DNA of 51,054 bases from a bacterium (lineage in GTDB: Bacteria; Bacteroidota; Bacteroidia; Bacteroidales; UBA932), in assembly GCA_963604895.1 (NCBI GenBank), contig CAVCSJ010000001.1, positions 1-51,054 of the forward strand, in the 5' to 3' direction. The notes under the pieces were generated by a model. It was not told the DNA's origin and did no database searches. It saw nothing but the letters and a program-made list of their open reading frames with translations. Positions 17,859 to 26,571 of this stretch are shown one piece after another; positions within the stretch are counted from its first letter, which is position 1, and every line of letters begins with the position of its first letter. The position numbers were made by a program, and so were the translations under genes.

Positions 17859-19430
17859 ATGACCTTGAGCCTGTCGACCATACTGTCAATTCTCTTCATC
17901 CTCATATTGGTGGGGACGGTGGTGGTCATACTCACCGATGAAAAGAGCTCTTCCCAGAAGCTGGTCTGGATTCTGCTCATCGCGGCCATTCCGGTCGTGG
18001 GTCTGTTGCTCTACATCCTGCTCGGCATAGATTTCCGCCGCCCGGGCTACATCCAGCGCAATCATAAAAAATTCTTCAATGTTCTCCAGAACTCCGAAGA
18101 GCCATACCTCAAGAACTTTGTCAGCGGAGAAGATACAAATACCGGAATAAACCCCGAATACCAGCCCCTTGTGAATCTGCTGAGAAAGGGGATGGCATCG
18201 CCGGTGAGCCAGGCGGAGGACCTGAAGATCTTCACAAGCGGCCAGGAGAAGCTCGAATCCCTGATGGCGGACATCCGCGCGGCCCGCAAATACATCCATA
18301 TGGAGTATTTCTACTTCCGCAAGGGCCGTATGGGTACAGCCTTCCGCGAACTTCTGATGCAGAAGGCCCGCGAAGGCGTAAAAGTCCGCTTCATCCGTGA
18401 GAACATCGCCAACTTCGACATAAGCCCGTCCTACTACAACGAAATGAAAAAGGCCGGCGTCGAGGTCGTCAAATTCACCCCGACATTCAGCAACATCCTC
18501 GGTCTCGCGGCCAAACTCAACTATCGCGACCATAGAAAAATCGTGGTCATCGACGGCGAAATCGCCTACACCGGCGGAATGAACATCAGCGACGACTACT
18601 ACGACGGCTGGCGAGACACCCACCTCCGATTCACAGGAGAAGCAGTCGCCGCCCTGCAGATGTACTTCCTCGACGCGTTCATCACCTCCGGCGGCAAAAT
18701 CGATGCGCCGTTCACCGAATTCTTCCCTACCGTCGCAAACAGGAGGCCTGACGGCCAATCCAGTCTGCAACCTGACGGCCAATCCGGTCCGCGGCCTTCC
18801 GGCCAATCCGGCCCTGACACCGCCCCTGCATTGGCTGCCTCCGGGCAGCCGGATAAAACATTGAACGCAAGCACTTCGCGCAGCGTTCCCGTGCAGCTCG
18901 TGCCGGGCGATCCTGACACGCCCTGGCCGTTCCTTACGCTCGGGCTCGTCTGGATCCTCAACCACGCGGAGAAGTATGTCTGGCTTCAGTCGCCGTATTT
19001 TATGCCGCCGGAGTCGCTGCTCGACGCCATCAAATCCGCCGCCCTTCGCGGTGTGGACGTGCGCGTTATGATGCCGCGCAAGGCTGACGTCAGCCTCCTC
19101 ACGCCTATAAACCGCTCCTATTATCTCGAACTTCTGCGCGCGGGCGTGCGGCTTTTCCGCAACGACGGACCTTTTATCCACTCCAAGACCTTTGTGTCAG
19201 ACGATTACGTCTCGATGGTCGGCTCCTGCAACCTCGATTACCGCAGCCTCGAGCTAAGCTACGAGATGAATACATATATGTACAGCCCCGAGACGGCCGC
19301 CCGCAGCCGCGAAATCTTCGAACACGATATGGAGCTCTGCACGGAGATCTTCCTCGAAGAAATCCAGGGCAAACATCATCTCCGCCACCTTTGGGACTCC
19401 ATCATCCGCCTGCTGGCTCCGCTATTGTAA
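17859..19430 (+). CDS. cls: Cardiolipin synthase
   Basis: Two N-terminal TM helices; two HKD motifs (HRKIVVID..IAYTGGMNI; HSKTFVSD..VSMVGSCNLD). Confidence 0.92.
   Translation: MTLSLSTILSILFILILVGTVVVILTDEKSSSQKLVWILLIAAIPVVGLLLYILLGIDFRRPGYIQRNHKKFFNVLQNSEEPYLKNFVSGEDTNTGINPEYQPLVNLLRKGMASPVSQAEDLKIFTSGQEKLESLMADIRAARKYIHMEYFYFRKGRMGTAFRELLMQKAREGVKVRFIRENIANFDISPSYYNEMKKAGVEVVKFTPTFSNILGLAAKLNYRDHRKIVVIDGEIAYTGGMNISDDYYDGWRDTHLRFTGEAVAALQMYFLDAFITSGGKIDAPFTEFFPTVANRRPDGQSSLQPDGQSGPRPSGQSGPDTAPALAASGQPDKTLNASTSRSVPVQLVPGDPDTPWPFLTLGLVWILNHAEKYVWLQSPYFMPPESLLDAIKSAALRGVDVRVMMPRKADVSLLTPINRSYYLELLRAGVRLFRNDGPFIHSKTFVSDDYVSMVGSCNLDYRSLELSYEMNTYMYSPETAARSREIFEHDMELCTEIFLEEIQGKHHLRHLWDSIIRLLAPLL
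18747..18818 (+). repeat. Three tandem 24-bp units (CCTGACGGCCAATCC core) in frame in the cls linker
   Basis: Units start at 18747, 18771 and 18795 and encode PDGQSSLQ/PDGQSGPR/PSGQSGPD. Confidence 0.85.
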
Positions 19431-19460
19431 AATATTGAGACTCTGAATATTAACTCTTGT

Positions 19461-20261
19461 ATGAAAATCTGGAATAAAAAACTGGTATTGGCTGCGGCCC
19501 TCTTGTTGTCCGCGCTTTCTCTCGGTGCGCAGAACAGCATAAAGATTGCGGCGCACCGCGGATTCTGGGACTGCGAAGGCTCGGGATATATGGAAAACAC
19601 CATCGCTTCGCTGCGCGAGGCTCAGAATGCCGGGCTTTGGGGAAGCGAATTCGACATCCATCTCACCGGGGACAACGAAGTGGTCGTTCATCACGACAGG
19701 CATATTGAAGGCACTGACATTCAGACCACTGACTTCGTCCGGCTACGCGAGTACACCCTCAGGAACGGCGAGAAGATGCCTACCCTCGACGAGTACCTCG
19801 AGCAGGGCGCGAAATGCCCCGCGACAGTCCTCGTGCTGGAATTCAAGGCCCAGTACAACGAGGCTCGCGAAAATGCCCTCGTCGACATCGTCCTTCAGAA
19901 AATCAGGGACCACAATCTCTACGACCCCTCCCGCATAATGTTCATCTCCTTCAGCCTGAACATCTGCAGGAGAGTCGCGCAGCTTGCCCCGGAGTTCACG
20001 AACCAGTATCTTACCGGCGATATCGCTCCTGCCGAGCTCAATGCTATGGGAATCAACGGTATAGACTATCAGCACCAGGTCCTGGGCAATCATCCTGAGT
20101 GGGTATCTGAAGCCCACGCCCTCGGAATGAGCGTGAACGCCTGGACCGTGAACAAAGCCGGGGACATTCAGAAAATGATCGACCTCGGAGTCGACTGCAT
20201 TACCACGAACGCTCCGCTTCTCGTCCGCGAGCTCCTCGGCACCAGAGAATTAAAATTATAA
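19461..20261 (+). CDS. Glycerophosphodiester phosphodiesterase, secreted
   Basis: IAAHRG, ENTIAS, EFDIHLT.D..VVVHHD, WTVN and GVDCITTN motifs. Confidence 0.9.
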   Translation: MKIWNKKLVLAAALLLSALSLGAQNSIKIAAHRGFWDCEGSGYMENTIASLREAQNAGLWGSEFDIHLTGDNEVVVHHDRHIEGTDIQTTDFVRLREYTLRNGEKMPTLDEYLEQGAKCPATVLVLEFKAQYNEARENALVDIVLQKIRDHNLYDPSRIMFISFSLNICRRVAQLAPEFTNQYLTGDIAPAELNAMGINGIDYQHQVLGNHPEWVSEAHALGMSVNAWTVNKAGDIQKMIDLGVDCITTNAPLLVRELLGTRELKL

Positions 20262-20272
20262 CACCATTTTAT

Positions 20273-22510
20273 ATGCACAAACTGACACTGACATCCATCC
20301 TGCTTCTTGCAGCTGTCGCCTTTACTACAGGCTGCGGCAATTCTCCTGCAAGCAGCAAATTCGACGGCCCTGTCTATCTGAACCCCGAGGCTCCGATAGA
20401 GGAAAGAGTCGAAGACGCCATCTCCCGTATGACCCTTGAAGAAAAGGTCGCAATGGTACACGCCCAGTCCAAGTTCTCCTCTCCCGGAGTTCCGCGTCTG
20501 GGAATTCCCGAACTCTGGTGCACGGACGGCCCTCACGGCATCCGTACCGAAGTTCTCTGGGACGAATGGGAGCAGGCCGGATGGACCAATGATTCCGTAG
20601 TGGCATATCCTGCCCTTACAGCCCTTGCAGCCACCTGGAACAGGGATATGTCCGCTCTCTATGGCAAGTCCATAGGCGAGGAGGCCCGCTACCGCGAGAA
20701 GGACGTGCTTCTCGGCCCGGGCGTGAACATCTACAGAAGCCCTCTGAACGGCCGCAATTTCGAGTATATGGGTGAGGACCCTTATCTCTCCGGCCAGATG
20801 GTAGTCCCTTATGTTCAGGAAGTTCAGAAGAACGGAGTGGCTGTCTGCGTGAAGCATTTCGCTCTGAATAATGAGGAAGCCTACCGCCACACTATCGACG
20901 TGGATCTCGACGACAGGGCTCTCTACGAGATCTATCTTCCGGCCTTCAAGGCCGCCGTTCAGCAGGGCGGTGCCTGGTCGATAATGAGCAGCTATAACCT
21001 TTATAAGGGCAGCTATGTATGCTCCGACACTCTTCTTACGAAGAAGATTCTCCGTGACGAGTGGGGCTTCGACGGCGCGGTGATTTCCGACTGGGGCGGC
21101 GTTCATTCCACTGACGCCACGGCCCACGGCGGCCTGGACATCGAGTTCGGTACCTGGACCGACGGTCTTACTATGGGCGCCACCAAGGCTTATGACAATT
21201 ATTTCCTTGCGAATCCATATCTTAAGAAGCTCCGCGCGGGAGAACTGCCTGTGTCTGACCTCGATACCAAGGTACGCAATGTCCTGAGGCTCATTTTCCG
21301 CACCGCGATGAATCCTGACAAGCCTTTCGGCGCCCTCTGCTCCGAGGCCCATTATGCCGCCGCCCGCAAGATCGGCGGTGAGGGCATCGTGCTTCTGAAG
21401 AACGACGGTTCCATCCTCCCTGTAAAGGACGCGAAGAAAATCCTCGTCGTCGGCGAGAATGCCGTGAAGATGATGACAGTGGGCGGAGGTTCGTCTTCGC
21501 TCAAGGTAGAGAAGGAGATTTCCCCTCTGGACGGCATCCGTGCGCGCGCAGCGCAGGACGGCGTCGAGGTCAAGTGGGTTCGCGGCTATGTGGGTGATGT
21601 CGGCGGAAGCTACAACGGCGTGACCACAGGTCAGGACCTGAGTGAGAGCCGTTCCGCGAAAGAGCTTATCGCTGAGGCGGTTAAAGAGGCTGCAGATGCC
21701 GATTACGTAATCTTCATCGGCGGTCTGAACAAGTCCGACCATCAGGACTGCGAGGGCGCCGACCGTTTCTCCCTGAGCCTGCCGTATGGACAGGACGAGG
21801 TCATTGAGGCATTGGCCGCGGCCAATAAGAATCTCGTCGTTTCGCTTGTGAGCGGCAATGCTGTCGCTATGCCTTGGGTGGAGCAGGTTCCTTCGATTCT
21901 GCAGACCTGGTACCTCGGTTCCGAGGCTGGCGAGGCGCTTGCCGATGTGGTCTTCGGCGACGTGAATCCTTCGGGCAAGCTGCCGTTCACCTTCCCTAAG
22001 CATCTGACTGACTCTCCGTCGCACGCCGAGGGCGACAGCCTTTCGCACACTGGCAAGTACTTCTACAAAGAGGGCATCTACGTGGGTTACCGCTGGTTCG
22101 ACGAGAAGGGCATCGAGCCGCTCTTCGCTTTCGGCCACGGTCTGAGCTACACGACTTTCGGGTACGGCGACGCTTCTCTGAGCGCTTCGTCGATGTCCAA
22201 GGGCGGAAGCGTGAAGGTCACAGTGCCTGTGACCAATACGGGCGAAGTGGCTGGCGCAGAGGTGGTTCAGCTCTACGTGACCGATGTGGAGTCCTCCCTG
22301 CCGCGTCCGCGCAAGGAGCTCAAGGGCTTCGAGAAAGTCTATCTTGAGCCTGGCGAGACCGTCAATGTCGAATTCACTCTCGACGAGTCTGCTCTGAAGT
22401 TCTTCGATGCTGACCGCCACGAGTGGGTGGACGAGCCTGGCGACTTCACCCTCAGCCTCGGCAGCGCCTCCGACGACCTGCGCACCTCCATCACCCTCAC
22501 GCTCAAGTAG
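20273..22510 (+). CDS. GH3 beta-glucosidase-family lipoprotein with fibronectin-like C-terminus
   Basis: TDGPHGIR, GRNFEYMGEDP, KHFALN, VISDWG, NPSGKLPFTF and FGHGLSYTTF; lipobox TTGC. Confidence 0.93.
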   Translation: MHKLTLTSILLLAAVAFTTGCGNSPASSKFDGPVYLNPEAPIEERVEDAISRMTLEEKVAMVHAQSKFSSPGVPRLGIPELWCTDGPHGIRTEVLWDEWEQAGWTNDSVVAYPALTALAATWNRDMSALYGKSIGEEARYREKDVLLGPGVNIYRSPLNGRNFEYMGEDPYLSGQMVVPYVQEVQKNGVAVCVKHFALNNEEAYRHTIDVDLDDRALYEIYLPAFKAAVQQGGAWSIMSSYNLYKGSYVCSDTLLTKKILRDEWGFDGAVISDWGGVHSTDATAHGGLDIEFGTWTDGLTMGATKAYDNYFLANPYLKKLRAGELPVSDLDTKVRNVLRLIFRTAMNPDKPFGALCSEAHYAAARKIGGEGIVLLKNDGSILPVKDAKKILVVGENAVKMMTVGGGSSSLKVEKEISPLDGIRARAAQDGVEVKWVRGYVGDVGGSYNGVTTGQDLSESRSAKELIAEAVKEAADADYVIFIGGLNKSDHQDCEGADRFSLSLPYGQDEVIEALAAANKNLVVSLVSGNAVAMPWVEQVPSILQTWYLGSEAGEALADVVFGDVNPSGKLPFTFPKHLTDSPSHAEGDSLSHTGKYFYKEGIYVGYRWFDEKGIEPLFAFGHGLSYTTFGYGDASLSASSMSKGGSVKVTVPVTNTGEVAGAEVVQLYVTDVESSLPRPRKELKGFEKVYLEPGETVNVEFTLDESALKFFDADRHEWVDEPGDFTLSLGSASDDLRTSITLTLK

Positions 22511-22521
22511 TTGACATAACG

Positions 22522-22556
22522 AAAAAACGTCCGCAGAAATGCGGACGTTTTTTTTT
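22522..22556. terminator. Bidirectional terminator between GH3 and tRNA
   Basis: A6-CGTCCGCA-GAAA-TGCGGACG-T9 perfect hairpin. Confidence 0.9.
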
Positions 22557-22557
22557 G

Positions 22558-22631
22558 CTCCCCCTCGGGGACTTGAACCCAGGACCCCCTGATTAACAGT
22601 CAGGTGCTCTAACCAACTGAGCTAAGGAGGA
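22558..22631 (-). tRNA. tRNA-Asn (GTT)
   Basis: Reverse complement folds into a cloverleaf: acceptor TCCTCCT/AGGGGGA, anticodon arm CCTGA-CTGTTAA-TCAGG, T loop TTCAAGT; CCA not encoded. Confidence 0.95.
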
Positions 22632-22651
22632 ATGTTTTCCTTTCGGGATTG

Positions 22652-22682
22652 CAAAGGTACTCTAAATTCTCGTATCTGCAAA
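22652..22682 (-). promoter_or_regulatory. Promoter of tRNA-Asn
   Basis: Minus strand TTTG-19 nt-TACCTTTG, a full Bacteroidota consensus. Confidence 0.8.
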
Positions 22683-22784
22683 CTTTTTTTAAAGTTTTTT
22701 TATTTGTGGGGTGCCGAAAGGCTTGTCGGAGCATTCTGGAGGTGAATCGTGAGGCTCACGAGTAGGTATTAGAAGAAATTTTTA

Positions 22785-22792
22785 TATCTTTG
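22785..22792 (+). promoter_or_regulatory. -7 promoter element for the HU-like/NUDIX genes
   Basis: TATCTTTG. Confidence 0.55.
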
Positions 22793-22879
22793 TATGTTTC
22801 CAGCGGAGCTGAAACGATGGTCACAGACCGTCGGAACAGGATGTGCGGCAGGGAACGAGAGGATTTATCAAGGAACTGT

Positions 22880-23713
22880 ATGGATATAGACCTTCTATCC
22901 AAAATGATAGGTGAACTGATTCTCGATCACGACGAGCTTTCGCTCCCGGGATTGGGAACTTTCGTCGCAGAAGAAGTGCCCGCCACTTTTTCAGACAGGG
23001 GCTATACCGTGAACCCGCCCTATCGCAAGCTTTCCTTCTACCAGCGGCCCGAAAGCGACCATCTGCTCATAGATTTCTACGCCTCCTCGAACGGCGTTTC
23101 CTTCGACGACGCCTCGCTGATTATCGTCCGCTTCCTCGACGAGATGAAATCCATCCTCAAAGAGAAGAAGGTCGTCGTATTGCCCGGCCTGGGGCGCCTG
23201 CGCGCCACCCGGGAGAACAATTTCTTCTTCGTGCCCGATGCCGACCTGGATATCTATCCCGACGGCTTCGGCCTGCGTCCGGTCTCGATGAAGAACCACA
23301 CCGAATCGCAGGCGGAACTTTCCGGCGCCGTGAGCAAACTCAGCGGAATGCTCTTCTCCGAGCCGGCGGAAAAGGCTGTTTCAGAGCCTGTTGTCCCCGT
23401 GGCCGAGCCTTCGGCTGCGTCCAATGTTGAAACGTCCCCAGCGGTGGTTGAGCCTGTCGAAATCACTGTGGCTGAGACGGAAACAGAAGAGAACGGGCAT
23501 CTCGACAAGCCCGATGACCGCAAAGAGCCTGATGACAGCAAGAAACACAGGAAGGGATTGGCCGCAGGCCTCAAGATACTGATTGGCATAGCCGTGCTGG
23601 CCGTGCTGGCGCTGGGCGTCTTCCTGCTGCTCGCGCACGTCGCGCCGGAGCTGATCGACTCGCTGCTCTACACCCCTGAGGAACTTGAAATTCTGAACTA
23701 TCCTTTGCAGTAG
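22880..23713 (+). CDS. HU-like (HU-CCDC81-type) domain protein with C-terminal TM helix
   Basis: Two LPGLG.F/L motifs, acidic Pro-rich linker and one hydrophobic helix; ATG 22880 preferred because the TTG at 22790 lies within the promoter box. Confidence 0.7.
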   Translation: MDIDLLSKMIGELILDHDELSLPGLGTFVAEEVPATFSDRGYTVNPPYRKLSFYQRPESDHLLIDFYASSNGVSFDDASLIIVRFLDEMKSILKEKKVVVLPGLGRLRATRENNFFFVPDADLDIYPDGFGLRPVSMKNHTESQAELSGAVSKLSGMLFSEPAEKAVSEPVVPVAEPSAASNVETSPAVVEPVEITVAETETEENGHLDKPDDRKEPDDSKKHRKGLAAGLKILIGIAVLAVLALGVFLLLAHVAPELIDSLLYTPEELEILNYPLQ

Positions 23714-23715
23714 CG

Positions 23716-24294
23716 ATGGTCGAACTTTTTTATCCCTCCGATTCAGTACCTTTTATCCCATTGAAGGACTCCTTCGCGGAGCACCGCTCCGAAGAAATAC
23801 TCCCCGTATGCGATGAATTCGGCCAGGTAAATGCCTGCGCCACACGTAGTTATTGCCACTCTGCCGCCAGGCCTCTGCACCCCGTCGTGCACCTTCACCT
23901 GCTGCGGCGCGACGGCACCCTATATCTTCAGAAACGCTCCCTGAGCAAGGACTTCCTGCCGGGACTCTGGGACACTGCCGTGGGAGGACATATCACTTAT
24001 GGTGAGACAGTTATGGAGGCGCTCTATCGCGAAGCCTCCGAAGAACTCGGGCTTTCGGACTTCACTCCGGTGAGTCTGGACACCTATGTCTGGGAGTCGG
24101 AGCGCGAACGCGAACTCGTCAACGTCTTTGCGGCAGTCGGCTCCTACGAACCCAGGCCTGACGGCGAAGAAGTGGCCGAAGGACGCTGGTGGAGCTTCTC
24201 CGAGATAGAAAAATGTTTGTCCGATTCGCTTTTTACTCCTAACTTTGAGAGCGAATACCTCAGAGTGCGCAACGCTCTTGAGGCATTGCTGTAA
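23716..24294 (+). CDS. NUDIX hydrolase (IPP isomerase-like subfamily)
   Basis: LHPVVH, LQKRS..KD..PGLWD and Nudix box GGHITYGETVMEALYREASEELG. Confidence 0.88.
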   Translation: MVELFYPSDSVPFIPLKDSFAEHRSEEILPVCDEFGQVNACATRSYCHSAARPLHPVVHLHLLRRDGTLYLQKRSLSKDFLPGLWDTAVGGHITYGETVMEALYREASEELGLSDFTPVSLDTYVWESERERELVNVFAAVGSYEPRPDGEEVAEGRWWSFSEIEKCLSDSLFTPNFESEYLRVRNALEALL

Positions 24295-24325
24295 CCACTT
24301 TACGCCGGGACGGATTTCCGGCCCA

Positions 24326-26524
24326 ATGACCTTTATGACCAGAGAAGAAACCTCACTGCAGAAATTCATAAACGACCAGCTCTCCATCTGGCCGGCGGTC
24401 TCATCGGCTTTCCGTGACCTCAAATCCGCCCACCTGCGCTATCTTGACGTGTGCGGACTCACTGTCACGCTGCAGCACAACCCTGCCAGGATAACCTCCA
24501 CGACAGCAGACATTGCCCCGGCCTCCATCAAGGCCCGTCCGTGCTTCCTCTGCGCGGAGAACGAACCGCCCCTTCAGATGCGGCTGAACTTCGACGGGCG
24601 CAAGGGCCGCAGCTACAATATCCAGGTCAACCCCTATCCGATTTTTCCTCAGCATCTTGTGATAGCGTCGAAGCAGCACCGGCCACAGTCCATCTGGCAC
24701 CATTATGTGGATATGCTGGACCTGGCCGCGACCTATCCTTCATATACCTTCTTCTACAACGGCCCGTGCTGCGGGGCATCGGCTCCGGACCACCTTCATT
24801 TTCAGGCCTGCCCGCGCTCTCTTATGCCGCTGGAAAAGGCTGTGAATGAAAGTCTTGCGCAGTTGAAAGACAGAAAGGCCCCGAAGCTGGACTACCTTAC
24901 ATCGGTCCAGGACGCCGAACTTTATCACTTTACGGGATACATCCACGGAGTCTTCGTGCTCCGCGGCGAGACTTCGAAATCAGTCGCCAAACTCTTCTAC
25001 CGCCTTCTGGACACCGCTCCGATGGAGGAAGGGGAGAGCGAACCGAAGTTCAATCTCTTCAGCTATTATGCCGACGGAGAATATCGCAGCATCGTGGTGC
25101 TCAGGCACAAGCTCTGGTCGCACCATTATAAGGCCGAGGGCGAGGACCACGTCACGATGAGCTTCGGCTGCGCGGACATAGCGGGCTTCTTCATCGCCCC
25201 GATATCTTCCGATTTCAGAAAAATGACGCCTGAACTGCTGACTGAAATGCTTCAGGAAGTAGAATTGGAACCACATACAGAATACACTATTATGTCACGC
25301 CTCACACGCACCCAGCCGAAGATTCAGGTAGGAATTATGTCGGCACAGACCATACGCTTCGAAATCATTTCCGACGGGGCGGGCCCTCAGACGGTCAGCT
25401 GCCGCGACGGCAAAGTCGATTACAACGGAGTCCTTTACGATGAACTCTGCTTCGACGCCGTAACGATGTCCACGCTCTTCGCAGAGCCTTCATTCATTTT
25501 ATATGACGTGGTGATCGGAGTCGATTTCCACTGGCAGAGAAAGGTGAACCAGACCTTCGCCGGATCCCTGCGCTTCATCGTGGAGGGGGACAAGGTCACG
25601 GCCATAAACAGTATCGGAGTGGAGGATTACCTCCTGAGCGTAATCTCATCCGAAATGAAATCCTCCGCCACGCTGGAGTTCCTGAAGGCTCACGCGGTCA
25701 TCTCCCGCTCCTGGGTGATGAGCCAGCTGGAGCACCGCAAACATCCTGCATCAGAGCCGGTTATAAACGAGACTACCTATATCACCTGGTTCGACCACGA
25801 TGACCACAAGAATTTCGACGTATGCGCGGACGACCATTGTCAGCGCTATCAGGGACTCTCGATGGCAGTGGGCGAGACAGTGCGCCAGGCAATAGACGAG
25901 ACCTGGGGACAGGTGCTGACCTATGAAGGCGAAATCTGCGACGCCCGCTTCTCCAAGTGCTGCGGCGGCGTGATGGAGACCTTCGACACCTGCTGGGAAG
26001 ACCGGGATTATCCTTACCTTCAGGCCATTCCGGACACTCCGGGCGAGCAGCCGGGACTCGATCCGTTCTGCCACACCGAGGATGAGGCCATACTCTCCCA
26101 GGTTCTGAACGATTATGACCTGGAGACCAAGGATTTCTACGAGTGGGAAGTACGCTATGGCAGAGAGGAACTCTCCGAACTCGTGAAACGCCGCAGCGGA
26201 ATCGATTTCGGTCTCATAAAGGACCTCGTTCCTCTGGAGAGGGGAGGCTCGGGACGTCTCTATACCCTCAGAATCGAGGGCGAGAAACGCACTATGACCA
26301 TAGGCAAGGAGCTGATAATCAGACGCTGGCTTTCTGACAGCCATCTGAAGAGCTCAGCCTTCGACGTGCATTGGGAAGGTGATACGGTAGTGCTCAAGGG
26401 TCGCGGCTGGGGCCACGGAGTGGGTCTCTGCCAGATCGGTGCAGCCGTGATGTCCTACCGGGGCTACACCTATGATCAGATCCTCTCCCACTATTATCCC
26501 GGAAGCAAAATTGAAGTGAAATAA
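24326..26524 (+). CDS. DUF4922 (HxHxQ nucleotidyltransferase/phosphorylase-like) fused to SpoIID/LytB domain
   Basis: N-half: QHNPARI.S, RPCFLC, VNPYPIF and NGP.CGASAPDHLHFQ. C-half: EDYLLSVISSEM, LKAHAVISRS, FDVCADDHCQRYQG and GWGHGVGLCQIGA...IL.HYYPG. Start at 24326 or 24335. Confidence 0.85.
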   Translation: MTFMTREETSLQKFINDQLSIWPAVSSAFRDLKSAHLRYLDVCGLTVTLQHNPARITSTTADIAPASIKARPCFLCAENEPPLQMRLNFDGRKGRSYNIQVNPYPIFPQHLVIASKQHRPQSIWHHYVDMLDLAATYPSYTFFYNGPCCGASAPDHLHFQACPRSLMPLEKAVNESLAQLKDRKAPKLDYLTSVQDAELYHFTGYIHGVFVLRGETSKSVAKLFYRLLDTAPMEEGESEPKFNLFSYYADGEYRSIVVLRHKLWSHHYKAEGEDHVTMSFGCADIAGFFIAPISSDFRKMTPELLTEMLQEVELEPHTEYTIMSRLTRTQPKIQVGIMSAQTIRFEIISDGAGPQTVSCRDGKVDYNGVLYDELCFDAVTMSTLFAEPSFILYDVVIGVDFHWQRKVNQTFAGSLRFIVEGDKVTAINSIGVEDYLLSVISSEMKSSATLEFLKAHAVISRSWVMSQLEHRKHPASEPVINETTYITWFDHDDHKNFDVCADDHCQRYQGLSMAVGETVRQAIDETWGQVLTYEGEICDARFSKCCGGVMETFDTCWEDRDYPYLQAIPDTPGEQPGLDPFCHTEDEAILSQVLNDYDLETKDFYEWEVRYGREELSELVKRRSGIDFGLIKDLVPLERGGSGRLYTLRIEGEKRTMTIGKELIIRRWLSDSHLKSSAFDVHWEGDTVVLKGRGWGHGVGLCQIGAAVMSYRGYTYDQILSHYYPGSKIEVK

Positions 26525-26571
26525 TATGCGGGCGCCGAGCAAGTCGAGACGCCCGAATGAAACAGTAAGAT

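Noticed and set aside
20168..22420. 750-aa antisense ORF, and similar long shadow ORFs (3442-5154, 17886-19181, 35986-37332)
   Set aside because: They lie opposite well-supported genes, have no recognisable motifs, and are expected from GC-rich codon bias.
22558..22631. tRNA as an integration site for an island or prophage
   Set aside because: No duplicated tRNA 3' end or integrase was seen, and the flanking genes are ordinary.
24245..24325. Upstream TTG-start extensions in the ORF track (also 22790, 31907, 35704, 44953)
   Set aside because: Several overlap the previous gene or a promoter box, and in each case a downstream ATG gives a family-typical N-terminus.
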